DNA from: Thermoanaerobaculia bacterium
GTDB taxonomy: Bacteria; Acidobacteriota; Thermoanaerobaculia; UBA5066
Length of the DNA stretch: 64,000 nucleotides
NCBI GenBank assembly: GCA_963816185.1
Contig: CAWFJJ010000006.1
Span: forward strand, 1,326 to 65,325
Reading direction: 5' to 3'
Positions within the stretch are counted from its first letter, which is position 1. Every line of letters starts with the position of its first letter. Below the pieces are notes generated by a model. The model did no database searches and was not told the DNA's origin. It saw only the letters and a program-made list of their open reading frames with translations. Made by a program: the position numbers and the translations under genes. This document shows, one piece after another, positions 16,726 to 22,607 of the stretch.

Positions 16726-16914
16726 ATGAAGAAGAACACGAAGAAGACAGCCTCCAAGGCAAAGGGGCCCAAGGCGACGAAGAATCTCGACGTCAAGCCC
16801 GCCAAGGGCGCGAAGGTCCGTGGTGGAACTGTAAACAAGGGGTGGATCGAAGTTTCATCCTTCAGTTTTAATGCGGAACCCACCGTCAGTGTGACCGCGA
16901 AGAAGCCGTCCTGA
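16726..16914 (+). CDS. precursor peptide J: MKKNTKKTASKAKGPKATKNLDVKPAKGAKVRGG / TVNKGWIEVSSFSFNAEPTVSVTAKKPS
   Basis: 62-aa ORF in the track. RBS GAGAGGAGAGACGAC. Stop overlaps the GT41 start (TGATG). Confidence 0.8.
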   Translation: MKKNTKKTASKAKGPKATKNLDVKPAKGAKVRGGTVNKGWIEVSSFSFNAEPTVSVTAKKPS

Positions 16915-18386
16915 TGAGCACCGGCTGGCCGAAGGGCTGCCGCATGCTCGCGGCGGGCAAGTATGCGAGCGGCCTCGCGGCCTTCGAACCGGCCGTCCGG
17001 GCGAGTCCGGACTCTGCGGCCGCACGATTCCACCTCGCCCGGGCGAGCTTCGCCCTAGGGGAGGTCGAGAGGGCGACCCGGCAGCTTCGGGCGGCACTCC
17101 GGATCCGCACGGATATCCGAGCTCTGCGGTTCCTGGCCACGATCGCCCCGTTCGACCCGCGCCTCGACCACGCGGCGATCCTGAAGGTCCGCCGCGCGCT
17201 GGCCGCTGCGGTTCGCGCTCGAACCGTCGCGCCCGCCAGGGCGATCGTCGTCGGGAGCCCGGCCAGGAAAGTGCTCAAGGTTGGCTACGTCTCGTCTTTC
17301 TTCGACAAGGACAACTGGATGAAGCCGGTGTGGGGGCTGATCGATCACCACGACGCCAAGAGGGTGGAGATCCACCTTTTTGCCGACGTGCCGCGCGTTT
17401 CTGCGGTGCGTCGGCGGGCGCGTGCGAGCGCGGCGCACGTCCACGACATCTCGCGCCTTGACAACGATGTGGCCGCGCGGCTGATCGCCCGGACGGGGCT
17501 CGACGTCCTCGTGGATCTCAATCAGTACAGCCGGGTCGGCCGGATGCCGCTTTTTTCGACCAGGCTGGCGCCGGTCGTCGTCGCGTGGTTCAACATCTTC
17601 GGGACCTCGGGAATGCCGGTTTTCGACGCGCTGATCGGCGATCGATGGCTCGTCCGCGACGTCGAGAAGCCTTGGTACCTCGAAAAGATCGTGAAACTCC
17701 CGTTCTCGTCGCTGACTTTCGCGGTGGACTATCCGGTCCCTGACGTCGGGCCGCCGCCTTTCTTGCGCAACGGCTTCGTCACGTTCGGAAGTCTTTCGTC
17801 GCTGTACAAGCTCAACGACGGCGTCGTCGGCACCTGGGCCGACATTCTGAAGCGGAGCCCGGGAAGCCGTCTTCTCCTGGGCAATGCGGATCTGGGAGAC
17901 CCCGGCAACCGAGCGCACACTCTCGAGCGATTCACCGCGCGCGGGATCGAGCCCGCGCGCGTCACGTTGCTCGGGCCCGACGAGCACTACGAGTTTCTCC
18001 GAAACTACGACGCGATTGACCTCGCTCTCGACACGTTCCCCTACAACGGAGGCACGACGACCACCGAGGCGATCTGGCAAGGAGTCCCGGTCGTCGCGTT
18101 CTTGGGGGACCGGTGGATCTCGCGTACCAGCGCCTCCCTGCTGGAAAACGCCGGTCTTGAGGGCTTCGTCAGCCGGGACGTCCGCGGTTATGTCGAAACG
18201 GCCGTCCGGTGGGGGTCGGGAGCAAAGGCGGAAGAACGGAGAGAGCTCCGCCGCACGATGAGGAAACGCCTGAAAGCCTCACCCGTCACCGACTGCGCGA
18301 GCCTCGCGCGCTGCATCGAGGACGCTTACGTCCAATTGTGGGGCGCGAGGACTCGCTCCGCTCTCCCTCAGCGGATGACAGCGTGA
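16914..18386 (+). CDS. TPR-containing GT41-family glycosyltransferase (OGT/SPINDLY-like)
   Basis: 490-aa ORF. N-terminal TPR-like helices. C-terminal block VTFGSLSSLYKLND...LLLG...IDLALDTFPYNGGTTTTEAIWQGVPVVAF matches the GT41 catalytic-domain signature (DTFPYxGxTTxxxALWxGVPVV). Confidence 0.85.
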   Translation: MSTGWPKGCRMLAAGKYASGLAAFEPAVRASPDSAAARFHLARASFALGEVERATRQLRAALRIRTDIRALRFLATIAPFDPRLDHAAILKVRRALAAAVRARTVAPARAIVVGSPARKVLKVGYVSSFFDKDNWMKPVWGLIDHHDAKRVEIHLFADVPRVSAVRRRARASAAHVHDISRLDNDVAARLIARTGLDVLVDLNQYSRVGRMPLFSTRLAPVVVAWFNIFGTSGMPVFDALIGDRWLVRDVEKPWYLEKIVKLPFSSLTFAVDYPVPDVGPPPFLRNGFVTFGSLSSLYKLNDGVVGTWADILKRSPGSRLLLGNADLGDPGNRAHTLERFTARGIEPARVTLLGPDEHYEFLRNYDAIDLALDTFPYNGGTTTTEAIWQGVPVVAFLGDRWISRTSASLLENAGLEGFVSRDVRGYVETAVRWGSGAKAEERRELRRTMRKRLKASPVTDCASLARCIEDAYVQLWGARTRSALPQRMTA

Positions 18387-18606
18387 TGAAGACAGGCCGT
18401 CGAGGACCAAGCCGTCGCCGCGGGTTCGTCCTCCTCAGAGATCTCGTCCCCCGAAACGATCCCAAGGGCGGATCGGCCGGGAAGACGGTATTCAGCGAGC
18501 GTCCCCCGGTCCTCGAGACAGAAGATAAGCATCACCTTAAAGATGTTCCGGCCGAACGAAGGCAAAAGCCGGGTCACGACCGAAACAGGAAGAAAGGAGA
18601 AACGAC
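18386..18606 (+). repeat. R-element copy 5 (ORF 18386..18610: MKTGRRGPSRRRGFVLLRDLVPRNDPKGGSAGKTVFSERPPVLETEDKHHLKD...)
   Basis: The ATG overlaps the GT41 stop (TGATG). The stop overlaps the precursor K start (GTGA). Confidence 0.7.
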
Positions 18607-18741
18607 GTGAAGAAGATCACGAAGAAAGGTCCCTCGAAGGCCCCCAAGAAGAGGACGACGAAGAATCTCGACGTCAAGCCCGCCAAGGGCGGGACGATCC
18701 GCGGGGGGAGCCTCCCCCGACAGTGGAAGTGGATCGAGTGA
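18607..18741 (+). CDS. precursor peptide K: MKKITKKGPSKAPKKRTTKNLDVKPAKGGTIRGG / SLPRQWKWIE
   Basis: GTG after AAAGGAGAAACGAC. 44 codons. Confidence 0.8.
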   Translation: MKKITKKGPSKAPKKRTTKNLDVKPAKGGTIRGGSLPRQWKWIE

Positions 18742-18776
18742 CGCCGGCCGACGGCCAGAAGGAAAGGAGAAACGCC

Positions 18777-18908
18777 ATGAAAAAGACCACGAAGAAGAAC
18801 CCTCCGAAGGTGTATCGAAAGAAGGCAATCAAGGACCTCGAGATCAAGCCCGCCAAGGGCGGGACGGGCGAGACAGTCCGTGGCGGCAAGGATAAGATCC
18901 ACATCTGA
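18777..18908 (+). CDS. precursor peptide L: MKKTTKKNPPKVYRKKAIKDLEIKPAKGGTGETVRGG / KDKIHI
   Basis: ATG after GAAAGGAGAAACGCC. 43 codons. Leader insert GET as in precursor C. Confidence 0.8.
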   Translation: MKKTTKKNPPKVYRKKAIKDLEIKPAKGGTGETVRGGKDKIHI

Positions 18909-18944
18909 CGAGAGCCGCTTCCTGCAAGGACCGCCCGATCCTCG

Positions 18945-19168
18945 ATGATGAAGACAGGCCGCCGAGGACCAAGCCGTCGCCGGGGGTTCGTCCTCCTCAG
19001 AGATCTCGTCCCCCGAAACGATCCCAAGGGCGGGTCGGCCGGGAAGACGGTATTCGGCGAGCGTCCCCCGGTCCTCGAGACAGAAGATAAGCATCACCTT
19101 AGAGATGTTCCGGCCGAACGAAGGCAGAAGCCGGGTCACGACCGAAACAGGAAGAGAGGAGAAACGAC
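18945..19168 (+). repeat. R-element copy 6 (ORF 18945..19172: MMKTGRRGPSRRRGFVLLRDLVPRNDPKGGSAGKTVFGERPPVLETEDKHHLRD...)
   Basis: Near-identical to copies 2 and 5. Most differences from them fall on third codon positions of this frame (manual comparison). Confidence 0.7.
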
Positions 19169-19312
19169 GTGAAGAAGATCACGAAGAAAGGTCCCTCGAA
19201 GGCTTCCAAGAAGAGGACGACGAAGAATCTCGACGTCAAGCCCGCCAAGGGCGCGACGGTTCGTGGCGGAGTGCATGGCGGTTGGGACCAGATCGCGAAC
19301 AAGAAGATTTGA
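19169..19312 (+). CDS. precursor peptide M: MKKITKKGPSKASKKRTTKNLDVKPAKGATVRGG / VHGGWDQIANKKI
   Basis: GTG after AGAGGAGAAACGAC. 47 codons. Confidence 0.8.
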   Translation: MKKITKKGPSKASKKRTTKNLDVKPAKGATVRGGVHGGWDQIANKKI

Positions 19313-19393
19313 GTTCCTGGAACACCCTTCATAGGTCTGGTCGAACCACTACAAGCCGGGTTACGACCGAAACAGGAAGAGAGGAGACACGAC

Positions 19394-19537
19394 ATGAAGA
19401 AGAACACGAAGAAGACAGCCTCCAAGGCAAAGGGGCCCAAGGCGACGAAGAACCTAGAGGTCAAACCCGCCAAGGGGGCGTCGGTCCGTGGCGGAGTGCA
19501 TGGTGGCTGGGACCAGGTCGGGAACAAGAAGTATTAG
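19394..19537 (+). CDS. precursor peptide N: MKKNTKKTASKAKGPKATKNLEVKPAKGASVRGG / VHGGWDQVGNKKY
   Basis: ATG after AGAGAGGAGACACGAC. 47 codons. The stop abuts the Cys-rich paralogue 2 ORF. Confidence 0.8.
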   Translation: MKKNTKKTASKAKGPKATKNLEVKPAKGASVRGGVHGGWDQVGNKKY

Positions 19538-20782
19538 TTGCCCTCTGATCAAGTGACCTCTCCGAAGACCCGCGCGGTCCGGCTCCCGTCGATCACCGAT
19601 GCTCCCGCCAGGGGCCTGGCACCGCTTCATGCGCGCTGGCTCGAGGCGGCGCTCGGGGGCAAGATTCCTTCCGAGCCACACGCGGCGTGCGACAACTGCG
19701 CGATGCTGCCGGTGTCCGGAGGCGCGGATGAAGAGCGCGGCGCAGTCTTCTTCAACCCCAGGACGAAGTGCTGCACTTACCTGCCGAGACTTCACAACTT
19801 TCTCGTCGGGGCGATCCTCGCAGACGAAGCGACCGATATGGCCGAAGGGCGTGCCCGCGTCCTGGAGAGGATCGGGAAGAAGGTCGGCGTGACGCCGCTC
19901 TGGGTCGGCGCCGGCGGCGCGTACAGCCTCGTGTACGACCACGGAGACGGGGTCTTCGGCCACAGCGAGGCGATGCGCTGCCCCTACTATCTCGAAGACC
20001 GGATCGACGGCGGCTGCGGGGTGTGGCGTCACCGCAATTCCATCTGCATGACCTGGTTCTGCAAGCATGAGCGCGGGGCCCCGGCGCTGCGGTTCTGGGA
20101 CTCGGCCAAAGAGCTGCTGATGGCCGTCGAGGAGAATCTCGCGATCCATTGCCTCGTCACTCTGGGTTTCGACGACGCGGCGCTCCGGACCAATTTCCCG
20201 TTCAAGGTTCCGAAATCTCAGCGGTCGGAAACCGTGAAGGGGGACGAGCTCGACGGCACGGTGAGCCCGGAACGATACAAGGCTCTCTGGGGGAGCTGGA
20301 CGGGCCGCGAGGAGGAGCTCTACCGCCAATGCGACGCGATCGTCCGAGACATCGAGTGGAAGGACGTCGAGCGCATCGGCGGCGCGAGCGTCGCACTCCT
20401 GTCGCAGCTCGCGCGCGCGGCCTATCAGGCGGTGATCCGTGACGACCTTCCCGAGCGGCTCGAGATCGGCAATCTCAGCGTCATCGGCACGGGGCGCGGG
20501 ACCTTGCGCCTGGCCACGTACAGCGCCTACGACCCCATCGACGCCCCGGCCGCGCTTCTCCCCGTGCTTCCCGCGTTCGACGGCTCCAGGGTGCCCGACG
20601 CCCTTCGCGCGATCGAAAGGGACCATGGGCTCGTCCTGAGCCCCGAGCTCGTCCGAAAGCTCGTCGACTACGGCCTGCTCCGCGCGGTGGACGCCCCCGA
20701 AGACGAGCAAGTCTGGCGAAACTCCATGAAAAGGCGGAAGCCGGGTCATCGCCAAAACAGGATGAAAGGAGAAACGACATGA
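19538..20782 (+). CDS. Cys-rich protein, paralogue 2 (YkgJ/FliB-like motifs)
   Basis: 414-aa ORF. Start is TTG 19538 or GTG 19553. About 47 substitutions over ~378 aligned residues versus paralogue 1 (manual count), and all 9 Cys of paralogue 1 are conserved. It lacks the stop used by paralogue 1 and reads 22 codons further, ending in an ATGA overlap with precursor O. Confidence 0.7.
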   Translation: MPSDQVTSPKTRAVRLPSITDAPARGLAPLHARWLEAALGGKIPSEPHAACDNCAMLPVSGGADEERGAVFFNPRTKCCTYLPRLHNFLVGAILADEATDMAEGRARVLERIGKKVGVTPLWVGAGGAYSLVYDHGDGVFGHSEAMRCPYYLEDRIDGGCGVWRHRNSICMTWFCKHERGAPALRFWDSAKELLMAVEENLAIHCLVTLGFDDAALRTNFPFKVPKSQRSETVKGDELDGTVSPERYKALWGSWTGREEELYRQCDAIVRDIEWKDVERIGGASVALLSQLARAAYQAVIRDDLPERLEIGNLSVIGTGRGTLRLATYSAYDPIDAPAALLPVLPAFDGSRVPDALRAIERDHGLVLSPELVRKLVDYGLLRAVDAPEDEQVWRNSMKRRKPGHRQNRMKGETT

Positions 20783-20910
20783 AGAAGATCACGAAGAAAG
20801 GTTCCTCAAAGGCTTCCAAGAAGAAGGCGGTCAGGAACCTCGACGTCAAGCCTGCGAAGGGCGGGACGGTCCGTGGAGGGGCAACCAGACTCGACAAGTG
20901 GCCCGGGTAG
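20779..20910 (+). CDS. precursor peptide O: MKKITKKGSSKASKKKAVRNLDVKPAKGGTVRGG / ATRLDKWPG
   Basis: ATG after GAAAGGAGAAACGAC. 43 codons. Confidence 0.8.
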   Translation: MKKITKKGSSKASKKKAVRNLDVKPAKGGTVRGGATRLDKWPG

Positions 20911-20934
20911 ACGCTTGGCGGCCGGCAGCACGCG

Positions 20935-21149
20935 AGGCCGGCTACGCGGTACTTCCGCGCGAAGAGCGTGAGCCGCGCGGAGAGGTGGAGAAGCTGAGCG
21001 AGCTGCGTCGCACGATGAGGATACGGTTGCGGGCTTCGCCGGTCACCGATTGCCCAAGGCTCGCGCGCCGCATGGACGATGTCTACCTCCGGCTATCGGG
21101 CGCGAGCCCTCGTCGGAAACGACCCCGGGCCGCGCTCCCGCGTAATTGA
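20935..21149 (+). pseudogene. C-terminal remnant of a second GT41 glycosyltransferase gene
   Basis: ..ELRRTMRIRLRASPVTDCPRLARRMDDVYLRL.. aligns to the last ~45 residues of the intact GT41 protein (ELRRTMRKRLKASPVTDCASLARCIEDAYVQLW). Nothing corresponding to the TPR or catalytic parts precedes it. Confidence 0.7.
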
Positions 21150-21227
21150 GATTGACTCTCGGTACAAACCCGCGTCAGAATTCGCGGCCTTCAACGAGTG
21201 CCAAACGGGAATTTCGGAGGTGATGCC

Positions 21228-22404
21228 ATGCCGGTCGCGATGAAACCTGTGCTCACGGACGCCCTTCTCGAAAAGTGCCGCGAGAGGGCTCCTCTCTACG
21301 ACCGCGAGAACCGCTTCTGCCAGGAGGACTTCGACGACCTGAAGGCTGCCGGGCTATCTCCTCATGGCGGTTCCGAAGGAGTTTGGGGGGGCCGGCCTGA
21401 CGGTCGAGGAGGTCGGGCTCGAGACGCGCCGGCTCGCCTATTACGCTCCCGCGACCGCGCTCTGCCTCAACATGCACAACTACTGGGTGGGCGACGCGGC
21501 GGATCTCTGGCGGAGCGGCGACAAGTCCTGCGAGTGGGTCCTCAGGGAGGCGGCGGCCGGAGAGGTCTTCGCCGCTGGCCACGCCGAGCACGGCAACGAC
21601 ATCCCGGGTCTCCTGTCGACCTCGAAGGCCGAGCGCGTCGACGGGGGTTGGCGCATCACGGGAAAGAAGGCCTTCGGCAGCCTCACTCCGGTCTGGACGC
21701 GCCTCGGGCTCCACGCCATGGACACGAGCGACCCCGCCGCCCCGAAGATCGTGCATGTGTTCCTGCCGAAGGGGACGAAGGGCGTCACGGTCAAGGAGAC
21801 CTGGGACGTGCTCGGCATGCGCGCGACGAAGAGCGACGACACGATCCTCGACGGCGCGTTCGTCCCCGACAAGTACGTCGCACGTGTCGTCCCCGCCGGC
21901 GTCGCCGGGGTGGATATGTTCATCCTCGGCTTCTTCACGTGGGGCCTCGTCGGCTTCGCGAACGTCTACTACGCGATCGGGCAGAGGGCGCGCGACGTCA
22001 TCGTCGAGCAGCTCAAGACGAAGACGTCGATCGGCCTGACCCGGCCGATGACCTATCACCCGGAGATCCAGCACGGCGTCGCGGAGATCGCGCTCGAGCT
22101 CGAGTCGATCGGCCCGCACGTCGACGCGATCGCGCACGACTGGACACGCGGCGCCATCGGGCCGGACTGGTTTCTCAGGCTTGTCGCGATGAAGTACCAC
22201 GCGGTCGAGGGGGCCTTCCGCGTTGCGGACCGCGCGCTCGACCTCTCCGGCGGATTCGGCATGTTCAGGAAGAGCGAGCTCGAGCGGCTCTTCCGCGACT
22301 CGCGCGCGGGGCGGTTCCACCCGGCGAACTCGGCGCTCGCTCACGAGATCGTCGGAAAGCTGACGCTCGGGATCAGCCCGGACGAGCAGCCGCGCTGGGG
22401 CTGA
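21228..22404 (+). CDS. acyl-CoA dehydrogenase family protein, reading frame interrupted once
   Basis: N-terminal 41 codons (MPVAMKPVLTDALLEKCRERAPLYDRENRFCQEDFDDLKAAG, GGAGG 8 nt upstream) are in one frame. The rest (YLLMAVPKEFGGAGLTVEE... = ORF 21364..22404) is in another. The frames join if GGG at 21351-21353 were GG. Confidence 0.75.
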
Positions 22405-22563
22405 CGGCTTCCTCGACCCGGGCAGACACTGAGCCGAGCCCGGCGTCGGGGCGCAGACGACGTTACGCCAGAGTTACACCGCTCCGTCCCCGTTACGGCC
22501 GCCCAAGGCCGTGCTGCGCAAGGCAAGCCATTCTCTAGAGAGCGTTTCGGCTCTCGTCTCGGC

Positions 22564-22579
22564 TGGCAGCGTACTTGCT
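22564..22579 (+). promoter_or_regulatory. sigma-54 (-24/-12) promoter
   Basis: TGGCAG-CGTAC-TTGCT with canonical GG/GC register (22565-66 / 22577-78). Lies ~30 nt upstream of the probable TTG start of the next gene. Confidence 0.55.
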
Positions 22580-22607
22580 CCGTCAGGGGGTTGTCCTAGG
22601 GGGACGA

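Noticed and set aside
14922-19172. ATGA/GTGA stop-start overlaps between R-element ORFs and the following precursor genes as evidence that the R ORFs are translated
   Set aside because: Every precursor starts with (A/G)TG-AAG, which automatically creates TGA in the +1 frame. The overlap is unavoidable and carries no independent information.
12600-21000. Periodic repeat pattern that might suggest a CRISPR array
   Set aside because: The repeat units are 100-230 nt, unevenly spaced, carry RBS and start codons, and translate into a conserved leader. There are no short palindromic repeats with unique spacers and no cas genes.
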